Assembly: GCA_965140415.1 (NCBI GenBank)
Contig: OZ223209.1
Span: 2,816,001-2,880,000, forward strand
Length of the DNA: 64,000 bases
From: Myxococcota bacterium
Lineage (GTDB): Bacteria; Myxococcota_A; SURF-8
Direction of reading: 5' to 3'
Part shown: in pieces, positions 31,830-41,561 of the stretch
Numbering within the stretch: the stretch's first letter is position 1
Layout: every line of letters begins with the position of its first letter
The notes under the pieces: generated by a model
The model's input: only the letters and a program-made list of their open reading frames with translations
Told to the model about the DNA's origin: nothing
The model's database searches: none
Translations under genes and position numbers: made by a program

Positions 31830-32968
31830 CAGTTTCCTCCGATCCCGTAAACGGCCAGACTGTCCGTGTCGTTTTGTCGCCCCTGTAAATCCATCAGAAT
31901 TCGCTTGGTTGCCGCCATGGCTTGCAGGCGGGAGGCTTGAATGTCGACCGGTCCGGCACAGGCTCCAGCTAAATAAACTCTGGGTTTCGAGGTTCGAACG
32001 ACGCCATTCTGATTTGCGGAGTCAATGAAACCGTACTCGTTCAATCCCAATCCAAATTGTTCGATCAAGTGATTGTTGCGGGTGTCAGGTGCGATTCCGA
32101 CTGCCAGCACGATACGGTTGTATTCCTCTTCCAGGCCAAGTCCGGTTGCCTGATCGATACCGACTACGCGGACGTGATCCGTTTCGCTTCCGGGACGCAC
32201 TTCTGCGGGAACTCCCTGCATGAATCGGATATTGGAGCGACTTTCCTCGTAGAAATGTCGGAATTCCTTACCCATAATCTGCAAGTCGATGTAGTAAATG
32301 GTTACATCCAGGTCGGGACGCAGATGTTTCATCCGATTCACCAGGCGGATACTGGTTTTGCAGCAGAATTGCGAACAGTATTCTTGTCCGCGCGCTCGAT
32401 CGCGGGAACCGACACATTGAATGAACGCGATGCGATTCTTTTCCGGCTCTTTCGGCAGGAAAGAATCAAGATCGTCTTGTTTCAAACATTCATCGACATC
32501 AAACGTCGTATAGACTTCCGGCAGGTGACCGTAGCCCAATAGACGTTGATTCTTTGGATTGAACGGCTCGAAGCCTGTTGCCAGCACAACGGCCTTGCAG
32601 TTGATGGTTGCCGGTTTCTCAAGAATCCAGTCTGGTCTACCCGTACGTTCTTTAATGCTGCCGGGTTTGGGTTGAACCTGAACGGAGAATGCTCCACTCT
32701 GACCTTCTACGCCAACGACTTCTGCGTGGGTTAGTACATTGATTTTAGGATGTGAGGCGATCCGGGCGATGTCGTCTTCAATCAGGCATGCAGAGCAACG
32801 AGCACATTGTTCGGTGGCCATACAAGCCCAATGAGCCGCATTTCCGCCCAATTTGGCTTCTCGCTCAATCAGCAGCACATCCTGGCCCATCTCAGCCAAT
32901 GATGACGCTGTTTCCATGCCTGCTACACCTCCACCGATTACCAGGACACTTGATGTGATTTCCGCCAT
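31829..32968 (-). CDS. HdrA/QmoA-like FAD-dependent oxidoreductase
   Basis: GGGVAG, IERE..LGG, IQCVGSRD, YCSQFCC and AGACAGP; no ferredoxin insertion. Confidence 0.87.
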   Translation of the reverse strand: MAEITSSVLVIGGGVAGMETASSLAEMGQDVLLIEREAKLGGNAAHWACMATEQCARCSACLIEDDIARIASHPKINVLTHAEVVGVEGQSGAFSVQVQPKPGSIKERTGRPDWILEKPATINCKAVVLATGFEPFNPKNQRLLGYGHLPEVYTTFDVDECLKQDDLDSFLPKEPEKNRIAFIQCVGSRDRARGQEYCSQFCCKTSIRLVNRMKHLRPDLDVTIYYIDLQIMGKEFRHFYEESRSNIRFMQGVPAEVRPGSETDHVRVVGIDQATGLGLEEEYNRIVLAVGIAPDTRNNHLIEQFGLGLNEYGFIDSANQNGVVRTSKPRVYLAGACAGPVDIQASRLQAMAATKRILMDLQGRQNDTDSLAVYGIGGN

Positions 32969-33000
32969 AATTTACTCCCTGTCGTTAGACTGAGAAGGTG

Positions 33001-33399
33001 TTACGCAATTTTAGTTCCGCCAACCATCGAGGTTTTGGGAGCTTGCCCACTGAGCGATTTTTCGATCTGGTCGAGAAGCTTTTTCTCGTCGATAGGTTTG
33101 TCGATCACCGGAATTCTTGCGCTGATCGCCCAGTTTGCACCTGCCATGCCGCTGACTACGATTACAGGAATGTCCTGCATGTCTTTTTCGCGGTACATCC
33201 GTCGGAACATGCCAACTCCCGTTTCTTCGGGCATCTGGATGTCCAGAAGAATCAGGTCCGGATTGTAGCTACGCACTTTTTCAAACCCGGCATGACCATC
33301 CATTGCCGAATCGATTTCGTAGCCTTGATCCGTGAGAAGATCGGTCATGAATTCAATGATGTCTGCTTCGTCTTCGACAATAAGGATTTTTTTGCTCAT
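33001..33399 (-). CDS. Single-domain response regulator
   Basis: ILIVEDE, LLDIQMP and KP motifs. Confidence 0.92.
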   Translation of the reverse strand: MSKKILIVEDEADIIEFMTDLLTDQGYEIDSAMDGHAGFEKVRSYNPDLILLDIQMPEETGVGMFRRMYREKDMQDIPVIVVSGMAGANWAISARIPVIDKPIDEKKLLDQIEKSLSGQAPKTSMVGGTKIA

Positions 33400-33429
33400 G
33401 ATTGTGCTCCTATGATGGTTTGGGTGAAA

Positions 33430-35352
33430 TCAATCGTTACAGTCTTCAAAAACGCCGCCGGAAGATAAGTCTGCCGCCTTGCTGACGGAACTTTCGTACA
33501 TTGCCTTCAATTTCGAGGGACATAGGCGGATCGTAAAGCGTGTACCTTTTCCTGGTGAGGAATTTACCTCGATTTCGCCGCCATGTTCCTGAACGATTTT
33601 TTGTGTGACAGCCAGTCCCAGTCCGCTTCCATTCACGCCCTTGGTCGTGAAAAACATATCGAACAGTTTCTGCTGCACTTCTTCTGACATGCCGATGCCG
33701 GTGTCTTCCGTTTCAAAGAGCAGCATATCGCCTTGTAGTGCAGCGCGGAGTGTAAAGGTGCAGTGCTCCTTTTTCGCAGCGGAACAGGCATCAAGTCCGT
33801 TTGAAATCAAATTGGAAAGGCAGGTGTGCAGACCTTCTGCATCAAGGTAAACGTTTTTATCTTCTTTCAAAGGCTCAATGACGAACTCAATATTTCGACG
33901 GTTCGCTTCGGCCTTGAATAGCTGTTCCAACTCTTCGAGCATGGCGTTCGGTGACATGAGGTCAAGATGCGGTTCCTTGTTGCGGGAAAGATCCAGCAAC
34001 CCGCGCACCATTTCAGCAACGCGGTCAAAGTTACGATCCAACATTTCCAGCCCGCGTTCGATCAAAACGTCAGATGCTTTCCGCCGCCCGGATTTGAGCT
34101 TGTACATGCCGCCTTGAATTCCGACCAGGATGTTTTTAATGGCATGTGCAATGACTGCAACCGTTTGGCCGACAGTCGCCAGCCGTTCGCGTTCCAGTTT
34201 TTCGCGTTCCAAGCGCTTAATCGGGCGAAGATCCACAAACGAAGCCGCGCCACCAATGACTTGTCCGATTTCATCTTTTAGCACTGCACCGGAAACGCGC
34301 ACGGGGATGCGTTGGTTGTTCTGGTCTGTAATGTGAGTTTCATTGATTTCAACGGAATCTCCGCCCTCTGCAAGGGCGCGCCGGAATGATTCCGGGAAAA
34401 ATCGCTCGATGCCCTCCGTGCCGATGGCGTCTCTACTTCTAATCCCGAACAACTTCTCTGCGGCGGGATTGAACACCTTGACTCGTCCGTTTTCGTCCAC
34501 TGCAACCAAAGGGTCTAACGCGCTTTCCGTGATATTGCGGCGAAATGCACTTTCCTGTAGCAGCTTTTGAGAAAGCTTATGGGTTTCAGTGACATCAAGG
34601 GACATCTCTAAAACCTGCTTGAATTCTTTGCCATCGGATTTGAATGGAATGGAGGTCACCACATAGTATGTTGGATCGCCATCTTTCGTGACGCCGACGT
34701 GTTTGGAGCTATGGATTTCTCCATCTTCAAATGTCATTTTTGCCGGGCAGTATGGGCAGGCGCTTTCCCGATCTTTGTAGACCTGATAACAGTATTCCTG
34801 GTCGCTGTCTCCGAAAATATCGCGTAATTGCTTGTTGCTACGAACGATTTTCAGATCCTGATCGATGATTGAAATGCTACAGGGAACACGTTCAAATAAG
34901 GTGTTGTATTCCGCTTTCAGCGCTTCATTTTCCGTCTGGTCGTAGGACATCTCCACGATATAGGCGATATTTCCGTCATCATCGTATAAGGGAGAGAAAT
35001 GAATTTCGTAATGTGTGGCTTTTCCATTGATGTCGTACCCGTCCTCACGAGTCACCCGCACCTTGCCGTCGTCGAAGGTTTGCGCAGCCTGGCAGTTTTC
35101 GCAAGGCTTGTCACGGCGTTTATACACTTCGTAACATGGGCGTCCGTCTGCCTCGCCGAATTTGCTGCTGAACAAGTTGTTGGCGTGAATCACCGAGTAA
35201 TTTCGATCGATGATTGCGATGTGAACCGGGGTACATTCGAAAAGCTGTCGGTTGAGGCTTCGGTGGATTTCCTTCGGGAAATCATCTAGTGGGGCATTTA
35301 TCATATCAAACCTGATTCCGGTTATTGCACTTGAAAACGATGGTACTCCCAA
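33430..35352 (-). CDS. Cytoplasmic multi-PAS sensor histidine kinase
   Basis: Three PAS domains, AHAIKN H-box, N box, DTGIG, FFTTK and GSGLGL. Start may instead be ATG 35304. Confidence 0.92.
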   Translation of the reverse strand: MGVPSFSSAITGIRFDMINAPLDDFPKEIHRSLNRQLFECTPVHIAIIDRNYSVIHANNLFSSKFGEADGRPCYEVYKRRDKPCENCQAAQTFDDGKVRVTREDGYDINGKATHYEIHFSPLYDDDGNIAYIVEMSYDQTENEALKAEYNTLFERVPCSISIIDQDLKIVRSNKQLRDIFGDSDQEYCYQVYKDRESACPYCPAKMTFEDGEIHSSKHVGVTKDGDPTYYVVTSIPFKSDGKEFKQVLEMSLDVTETHKLSQKLLQESAFRRNITESALDPLVAVDENGRVKVFNPAAEKLFGIRSRDAIGTEGIERFFPESFRRALAEGGDSVEINETHITDQNNQRIPVRVSGAVLKDEIGQVIGGAASFVDLRPIKRLEREKLERERLATVGQTVAVIAHAIKNILVGIQGGMYKLKSGRRKASDVLIERGLEMLDRNFDRVAEMVRGLLDLSRNKEPHLDLMSPNAMLEELEQLFKAEANRRNIEFVIEPLKEDKNVYLDAEGLHTCLSNLISNGLDACSAAKKEHCTFTLRAALQGDMLLFETEDTGIGMSEEVQQKLFDMFFTTKGVNGSGLGLAVTQKIVQEHGGEIEVNSSPGKGTRFTIRLCPSKLKAMYESSVSKAADLSSGGVFEDCND

Positions 35353-35384
35353 CTGGTGGTCGCTCCGCTTCTAATTGATTATGT

Positions 35385-35401
35385 TGCAGGTTTCAGGCCA
35401 A
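35385..35401 (-). promoter_or_regulatory. Putative sigma54 (-24/-12) promoter for the HK-RR-hdr-like operon
   Basis: Minus strand TTGGCCTGAAACCTGCA, GG-N10-GC spacing, divergent from a sigma54 activator. Confidence 0.65.
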
Positions 35402-35665
35402 TTGTAGCGCTACAGTGAAATGAATCGCATTCATTGCTCGTGAAAATAAAAATCTGTGTATTTGCAATATGATCAGATACAGCAAAGGAATGTGTTGGAC
35501 TATGAATTAAGGTTGTGGTACGCATATATATGTACGCTATACTATAACCGTAGCGCAACAGTGTAGCGTTTTAGTGTTGCAATATGCATCGTATCGTGTT
35601 ATATAATATCGCAACAGTACTGTTGTTTAGCTGGAAGGTGTTTTTCGCAATATCGGGGATAAACC

Positions 35666-37006
35666 ATGACCAATTCATCACGACTCGATCCGCGCTATGT
35701 TTCACTGATACTGGACAGCGTAAGCCAGGGAATCTTTACGGTAGATTCAAAAGGTCGAATTACGACTTTCAACTCCGCAGCTTGCGAAATTACAGGGTAT
35801 TCCGAAGAGGAGGTTTTAGGGCGTCCCTGTAGAGAAGTGTTTAAATCCGATCTGTGTGACAGCATCTGCCCCATGCGGCAGAGTATCGACAGCCGAAAAG
35901 AGGTGCGTGGGCGCGAAATTCGTATCAAGAGCAAGGATGGGCGCTCCATCCCCATATCGATCACGACAACTCCATTACAAACGAAAAATGGTAACTTGCT
36001 GGGTGGGGTGGAAGTGTTTCGAGATCTTTCGCAATTGAATGCTTTGCGTCGCAAATTAGATAACAAATATCAATTTGAGGATATCATCTCGAAAAACCCC
36101 GAGATGCAACGAATTTTCCGTTTGCTACCTTTGGTTGCAGATAGCGACAGTACGATTCTGATTACAGGTGAAAGCGGAACAGGCAAGGAATTGATCGCCA
36201 AGGCCGTCCACAACGCAGGTGGGCGTGCGAATCATCCTTTCATTCCTGTGAACTGTGCCGCACTGCCAGAGACCCTGTTGGAGTCCGAATTGTTCGGTTA
36301 TAAAAAGGGGGCTTTTACCGATGCGCGTCAGGACAAACCCGGTCGTATTGCCATGGCAGAGGGCGGCACTTTGTTTCTAGATGAAGTTGCCGATTTGTCG
36401 CGGACTTTACAGGTGAAATTATTGCGCTTTCTACAGGAGCACACCTACGAACCGCTTGGCGAGAACAAACCGATTTCTACAGATGTTCGGGTGGTGACGG
36501 CAACGAATCGGGATTTGCGTGTGATGGTGCGGGAAGGGACATTTCGCGAAGATTTATATTTCCGATTAAATGTGATGGAAATCCATTTGCCGCCTTTACG
36601 GAAACGTACGGAAGATATTCCATTGCTTGTGCAGCATTTTATTGCGGATTACCAGACATCTAGCCGCAAGTCCATTCATGGCATTACCGAAGAGGCTCTG
36701 GCAAGCCTGATGCGGTATCCATTCCCGGGAAACATCCGAGAACTGGAAAATATCGTGGAACGGGCTTTTATTTTGTGCACCGGCCCGGAAATTACGCAGG
36801 ACAATTTGCCGGACTATATTCACGAGCATCAGGAGGATCATCCCTCTGCCAGCGGACCGCAGCTTGATAAGCTTAAACACGCAGAGCGAGATGCCATTAT
36901 CGAAGCATTGAAGAAACACGGAGGTAATCGCACCCATGCCGCCAGAGAGTTGGGGGTGCATCGTGTTACACTGGTCCGGAAACTAAGGAAATATGGGATT
37001 TCTTGA
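35666..37006 (+). CDS. PAS-domain sigma54-dependent activator (OrpR-like)
   Basis: PAS with C-x8-C-x3-C, GESGTGKE, GAFTDA, FLDEV and Fis-type HTH. Confidence 0.93.
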   Translation: MTNSSRLDPRYVSLILDSVSQGIFTVDSKGRITTFNSAACEITGYSEEEVLGRPCREVFKSDLCDSICPMRQSIDSRKEVRGREIRIKSKDGRSIPISITTTPLQTKNGNLLGGVEVFRDLSQLNALRRKLDNKYQFEDIISKNPEMQRIFRLLPLVADSDSTILITGESGTGKELIAKAVHNAGGRANHPFIPVNCAALPETLLESELFGYKKGAFTDARQDKPGRIAMAEGGTLFLDEVADLSRTLQVKLLRFLQEHTYEPLGENKPISTDVRVVTATNRDLRVMVREGTFREDLYFRLNVMEIHLPPLRKRTEDIPLLVQHFIADYQTSSRKSIHGITEEALASLMRYPFPGNIRELENIVERAFILCTGPEITQDNLPDYIHEHQEDHPSASGPQLDKLKHAERDAIIEALKKHGGNRTHAARELGVHRVTLVRKLRKYGIS

Positions 37007-37030
37007 TGCTGCCGAATGGGCCGTATGATG

Positions 37031-37069
37031 AAAAGTGACTGCCGGAATGAGACTCAAACCGGCAGTCGC
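37031..37069. terminator. Hairpin between convergent genes
   Basis: GTGACTGCCGG...CCGGCAGTCGC preceded by AAAA. Confidence 0.6.
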
Positions 37070-37076
37070 GTTGGAT

Positions 37077-37433
37077 TTACCAGGGATGCGTCCCGATAAT
37101 CACTTTCTTGCCCCACTTGCCTTCGATTTTGTTTTTCATGTCTTCCAGGTTCATCGGGCAGTCGGCGGTCGTGATCGCTTTCGTGATGCACGTGGCAATA
37201 TGGACCACATCGTATTCGCGCCCAAGTTGATTTGCCATGTCATCCAGCAGGGTCATTTTGGGCATGAACAATCCAGGGCAGCCACCGCATCCCGACCAGA
37301 AAACGACTTCGATTTCGTCTTCGTGCTCCGAAAACTTGCCGAGTTTTTCCGCGGCGGCTTTATGGCACTTCATGCAACCTATACATAGTTTGTCTTTGAT
37401 CTTTTCGCAGCAAAGCACACCAATTTTCGCCAT
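37077..37433 (-). CDS. CGGC domain protein
   Basis: C..CIGCMKC, CGGCPG, H..TC and C-terminal GTH. Confidence 0.9.
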   Translation of the reverse strand: MAKIGVLCCEKIKDKLCIGCMKCHKAAAEKLGKFSEHEDEIEVVFWSGCGGCPGLFMPKMTLLDDMANQLGREYDVVHIATCITKAITTADCPMNLEDMKNKIEGKWGKKVIIGTHPW

Positions 37434-37496
37434 GAGAACAAATCCTTTCTACTTTTATTGCTACGGGTAAGTGGAAACCGCAAAGGTTATACACAA

Positions 37497-37530
37497 ACAG
37501 GGGAGGGCGGTCAAGTCCGCCTTCCCCTGT
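37497..37530 (-). terminator. Intra-operon hairpin between DUF5320 and CGGC genes
   Basis: ACAGGGGAGGGCGG/CCGCCTTCCCCTGT stem. Confidence 0.55.
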
Positions 37531-37552
37531 AAAGGCAGGGATCACTTTGTTG

Positions 37553-37849
37553 CTACCAGTTTTGGCGTTGTCCGCGACCTTGACCGCGTCTTCGGCCATG
37601 ACCTCGTCCGTCTCCGCCTCCACCTCCGAAGCAGCGTCCACGACCGCCTCCATACGGTCTGCCGCCTCTGCCGACACCGAACATGACTTCATCGCCTTCT
37701 GGTGTCATGCTCTCCATCTCGGTTTCAGGTCGATCCGTGGTTTGATCGGCCTGTCCGGATTTTCGGGACGTCAAGGGGCGACAGCGTCCCATGCCGCGTC
37801 CGGTTCTTGGGCCATTGCCCATCGGTCCGGTCCCGTCTTGTCCAGGCAT
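37553..37849 (-). CDS. DUF5320 family Gly/Arg-rich protein
   Basis: MPGQDGTGPMGNGPRTGRGMGRC; AGGAGG RBS precedes ATG 37849. Confidence 0.85.
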   Translation of the reverse strand: MPGQDGTGPMGNGPRTGRGMGRCRPLTSRKSGQADQTTDRPETEMESMTPEGDEVMFGVGRGGRPYGGGRGRCFGGGGGDGRGHGRRRGQGRGQRQNW

Positions 37850-37850
37850 A

Positions 37851-38225
37851 TCAACCTCCTTTTCTGCGACGCAACCGACGGCGACAGCCAGGTTGCGAAC
37901 GCTGATCGAAACATGGAGCTTGCACGGACAATGTGCCATGCAGATACTCCGCGATGCGTGCTTCTGCCTCACCTGTGAGGCCGGTCAGCACGCGAATTCC
38001 CGAGTGGGTAAGGAAAAAATAGTCGCAGCGTCTAATTCCACCTGTCAGCAAGATTTCGACATTCAATCTTGTTAATAGGTTCAAACGATCGGCGCGACTT
38101 AACTGCGCCGCCCTGACGCGCAAGGCTTCCGATTGGCCTCGCTCGGTGTCCTGAACCAGGAAACCGTCACAGAAGTCCAAACGCGGTGAAATATTTCGAT
38201 CGAATAGGGCGGCGGCGACAATCAT
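37851..38225 (-). CDS. NifB/NifX-family (Di-Nase) protein
   Basis: ISPRLD and VEILLTGGI motifs; ORP-locus context. Confidence 0.75.
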   Translation of the reverse strand: MIVAAALFDRNISPRLDFCDGFLVQDTERGQSEALRVRAAQLSRADRLNLLTRLNVEILLTGGIRRCDYFFLTHSGIRVLTGLTGEAEARIAEYLHGTLSVQAPCFDQRSQPGCRRRLRRRKGG

Positions 38226-38237
38226 CGATAACCTCTA

Positions 38238-39461
38238 TCAGTGACCACCACATTTGTGGTTTTCGTCGTGTCCACAAACGTTTGCGCCTGTTTCCAAAAT
38301 ATCGTTGGCGAAGCGACGTACCAGTTCCTCCGGTTCATCGGAGGGGCAACCGGTCACGACGTTGACTCCGGCTTGATTGAACAATTGAATGGCGCGTCCT
38401 CCCATGCCTCCTGCCAGCACCATGTTAGCGCCTTGTTCGGCTACCCAGCGCGGTAATACGCCCGGTTCGTGCGGCGGAGGAGTCAGTTGTTTGGACTCGA
38501 CAATTTCTTTGCTCTCTTCGTCCAGATCGACGAAATGGAACACTTCGCAGTGGCCGAAATGAGCGCAAAGTTTTCCTTGAGCGACGGGGATTGCAATTCG
38601 TTTCACGTTGGTCTTCTCCTTTTGTTGTGGTTCGTTCGAGTCAGTTGTTTGTTGATTCGATTCAATCGATTTCGACAAATCCATAAACGCCTGAGCAACA
38701 GGCGAATCCGGTTGTGATAGCGCGCCTACTCCCTGGTCGGCGCAAAGTGAAATCTGTGGGTCCATAGGCAGCGAGCCAAGCAGGGGAACCCCCATTTGTT
38801 CCGCCATCGCGCGGGCTTCGCCCTCCGGGAAAAGGGTTATGCGTTCACCGCATTTGGGGCAGATAATGCCGTTCATGTTCTCAACGACACCGATCAGCTT
38901 CATTTCGAGCTTATGGCAGAAGGTGATCGATTTTCTTACGTCTACAGCGGAGACTCGCTGTGGGGTAGTGACGACCAGTGCCTCTGCATCCGGTAGGCTC
39001 TGGGCGACGGAAAGTGGTTCGTCGCCAGTGCCTGGAGGTGCATCGACGATCAGGTAGTCCAGTTTTCCCCAGTCCACTTCTGCCAGAAACTGCTGGATAG
39101 CGCCCATTTTGATCGGCCCGCGCCAGATGATGGGACTGTCTGCGTCCGGCAGCATGAAGCCGATGGACATCACTTTGAGACCATCTTTTTCAACCGGAGA
39201 AATCCATCCGTCGTTGCCTCCTGGACGAGCACCTTCCAAACCGAGCATTGTCGGTACGCTGGGGCCATGAATGTCCACGTCAAGCAGTCCCACTCGTTTA
39301 CCGCGTTCTTTCAGAGCGAGTGCCAAATTGACAGCTACCGTGCTTTTTCCAACGCCGCCTTTGCCTGAAAGTACCAGGATTTTGCGACTGACGGATTTCA
39401 TGTTGGCGGCCAATGCGATTTCCCGGGCATCGATTTTCTGTTTACGTTGTTCTTGACTCAT
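38238..39461 (-). CDS. mrp: Mrp/NBP35 Fe-S carrier ATPase with C-terminal Di-Nase domain (MrpORP-like)
   Basis: SGKGGVGKST, DIHGPS, WRGP, PPGTGD, CPKC; C-terminal AHFGHC..GGMG. Confidence 0.92.
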   Translation of the reverse strand: MSQEQRKQKIDAREIALAANMKSVSRKILVLSGKGGVGKSTVAVNLALALKERGKRVGLLDVDIHGPSVPTMLGLEGARPGGNDGWISPVEKDGLKVMSIGFMLPDADSPIIWRGPIKMGAIQQFLAEVDWGKLDYLIVDAPPGTGDEPLSVAQSLPDAEALVVTTPQRVSAVDVRKSITFCHKLEMKLIGVVENMNGIICPKCGERITLFPEGEARAMAEQMGVPLLGSLPMDPQISLCADQGVGALSQPDSPVAQAFMDLSKSIESNQQTTDSNEPQQKEKTNVKRIAIPVAQGKLCAHFGHCEVFHFVDLDEESKEIVESKQLTPPPHEPGVLPRWVAEQGANMVLAGGMGGRAIQLFNQAGVNVVTGCPSDEPEELVRRFANDILETGANVCGHDENHKCGGH

Positions 39462-39470
39462 TGCTACAAA

Positions 39471-39830
39471 TTACTCCGTTTTATTATGGTGTTCACAGTC
39501 GTGGATGGTTGAAAGCATCTGGGGGCCAGCTTCTGTCTGAGTCTGTTCCGCATGAAAATGCAGTTTGCCGAATGCCCCTTCTTCAATGGTCAGCGTAACG
39601 CCGCTGCGTCCATCCAACAGTGGTTCCTTCTTCATCAGTTTCTCGAAATCCGTTTCCAAAACGAAGCGTTGCAGCAGTTCGAACTCTGCTTCTTCTTCCT
39701 CCGTCATGTTTTGCGTACTGGCCAAGAGCTTTTCTGCAAGCTCTCGTCCTCTTGCTTTGGCTGTACAGACCATGCAGTGCCCGGATGTGAGCGGTAGTCG
39801 TATTTTTCGTTTGCAGTTACTCCGGGACAT
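39471..39830 (-). CDS. Hypothetical protein (HCxxC motif) in ORP operon
   Basis: Fills the operon gap, overlaps the upstream stop, has an RBS. Confidence 0.65.
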   Translation of the reverse strand: MSRSNCKRKIRLPLTSGHCMVCTAKARGRELAEKLLASTQNMTEEEEAEFELLQRFVLETDFEKLMKKEPLLDGRSGVTLTIEEGAFGKLHFHAEQTQTEAGPQMLSTIHDCEHHNKTE

Positions 39831-40707
39831 TGTCGGATTCTCCTGTGGAGTCTAACTCCTGCTTAACTTTTTCCCACAATGCCTTCACAGCCTGAGAGGC
39901 TGGTCCGGCTGAGAATTCTGTCAGGATTTCACCCGCAGCAACAGCTTTGACGACTTCCGGGTCGAATGGAATTCGTCCAAGACTACGAACTTGAACGGAA
40001 TTACAATAGTTTTCGATTTCTTCCGACATCTGTTCATTCAAGTCGGCTTTGTTGACGGCAACCGTAATCGGAACACTGAAATGCTGCGCCAGTTCAACCA
40101 CGCGCTTTAGATCGTGCAATCCGCTTTGCGTCGGTTCGGTAATGCATAGCACCAGATCGCAACCGGTAACGGAGGCGATGACCGGACAACCCACGCCGGG
40201 TGATCCATCGATAAGAATCTGCGATAAGCCGTCCTGCTCGGCACGTTCAACCGCTTTCTGGCGAATCAACGAAACCAGTTTGCCGGAGTTTTCGGACGCG
40301 ATACCGAGTTTGGCATGGATAAACGGTCCAAATTGCGTATCGGAGACAAACCAGTTCCCACTGAAAGCTTCTTTCATTTCAATGGCTTCAGTCGGGCAGA
40401 TACGGGAGCAGAATCCGCAGCCTTCACAGGCGATGATATCGATGACGTGCTCCCCGCTGATGGCACCGAAACGACAGTGTTCCCGGCAAAGGTCACAGTG
40501 AATGCACTTGTCCGGCTGAAGATGCGCTTTGACTCCGCCTGAGTAGTTTCCACTTTCCTTGATTTCCGGATTAAGGAGCAGATGCATATCGGCTGCATCC
40601 ACATCGGCATCGACGATCAGAGTCTGGGTTGCCAAGGCTGTAAACGAAGCCGTAATACTGGTTTTGCCTGTGCCACCCTTGCCACTTAAAACAACGAGTT
40701 GTTTCAT
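39817..40707 (-). CDS. MinD-like P-loop ATPase with inserted ferredoxin (COG1149)
   Basis: Start ATG 40707, MKQLVVLSGKGGTGKT, two 4Fe-4S motifs and PGVGCPVI. Confidence 0.92.
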   Translation of the reverse strand: MKQLVVLSGKGGTGKTSITASFTALATQTLIVDADVDAADMHLLLNPEIKESGNYSGGVKAHLQPDKCIHCDLCREHCRFGAISGEHVIDIIACEGCGFCSRICPTEAIEMKEAFSGNWFVSDTQFGPFIHAKLGIASENSGKLVSLIRQKAVERAEQDGLSQILIDGSPGVGCPVIASVTGCDLVLCITEPTQSGLHDLKRVVELAQHFSVPITVAVNKADLNEQMSEEIENYCNSVQVRSLGRIPFDPEVVKAVAAGEILTEFSAGPASQAVKALWEKVKQELDSTGESDNVPE

Positions 40708-41561
40708 TGTGCCGCCTCCTCTCGTATCTGTTGAGCGAGGGCGTACAATCGTTCCGTCATTTCCGGTTGGGCATCGAGCAGGGTGCCGCCTTTGGAGTAC
40801 ACTGCCGCGAAATTCCGATCGAAGGGTATTTCCAGTAAAATCGGTACGTTTTCTTGCTGACAGTAGGTGTGCACCGAGTCGTCTCCCAGATCCGAACGAT
40901 TGATAACCACACCGCAACTCAACTCAAGAGCCCGGCTCATTTCTACCGCTAGCTTGAGGTCGTTCAATCCGAATGGAGTTGGTTCAGTAACCAATATCAG
41001 AAATTCGACTTTGTTGGTGGCTGCAATAACGGGGCAGGAGGTACCCGGTGGTGCGTCGATGATCGTCCAATCGAGCTTGTTGCCCCGTTCTCTGAGTGTA
41101 TCGATGACCGACACGGAACGGACTTCGCCCACTTTCAGGCGTCCACGGTGAAAGTCTAGATCTTCCGGGTGGGCTTGCTCGATCCATCCTACGGTTTTCG
41201 GCACTTCCGTAATTGCCGATTCCGGGCAGTGGTAAGCGCAACTGCCGCAAGAATGGCAGAGTTCGGGGAAAACAAGGGGGCGATCCGCCAGAATGGCAAT
41301 CGCGCTGAACTGACAGACTTCTCGACAGATGCCGCAACCCGTACAGCGTTCTTCGTCCACTTCGGGAATTGTGGCGGTTGCTGTTTGTTCCGCCTGTGGT
41401 GTTTCATGTAGAAAGAGATGGGCGTTGGGCGCTTCCACATCCGCATCCAACAAGGTCACCGATTCTCCTTTTTTTTGCAGGGCAAGGGCGATCGCCACCG
41501 CCATTGTGGTTTTACCGGTTCCGCCTTTGCCGCTTGCTACGGCAATTGTTATGGGTTTCAC
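40704..41561 (-). CDS. MinD-like P-loop ATPase with inserted ferredoxin (COG1149)
   Basis: ASGKGGTGKT, DADVEAPN, CTGCGIC and CHSCGSC, PPGTSCP. Confidence 0.92.
   Translation of the reverse strand: MKPITIAVASGKGGTGKTTMAVAIALALQKKGESVTLLDADVEAPNAHLFLHETPQAEQTATATIPEVDEERCTGCGICREVCQFSAIAILADRPLVFPELCHSCGSCAYHCPESAITEVPKTVGWIEQAHPEDLDFHRGRLKVGEVRSVSVIDTLRERGNKLDWTIIDAPPGTSCPVIAATNKVEFLILVTEPTPFGLNDLKLAVEMSRALELSCGVVINRSDLGDDSVHTYCQQENVPILLEIPFDRNFAAVYSKGGTLLDAQPEMTERLYALAQQIREEAAQ

Noticed and set aside
28575-32968. Selenocysteine readthrough in HdrA/MvhD-like genes
   Set aside because: The ORFs run uninterrupted through their Cys motifs. The TGA at the junction is an ordinary TGATG stop/start overlap.
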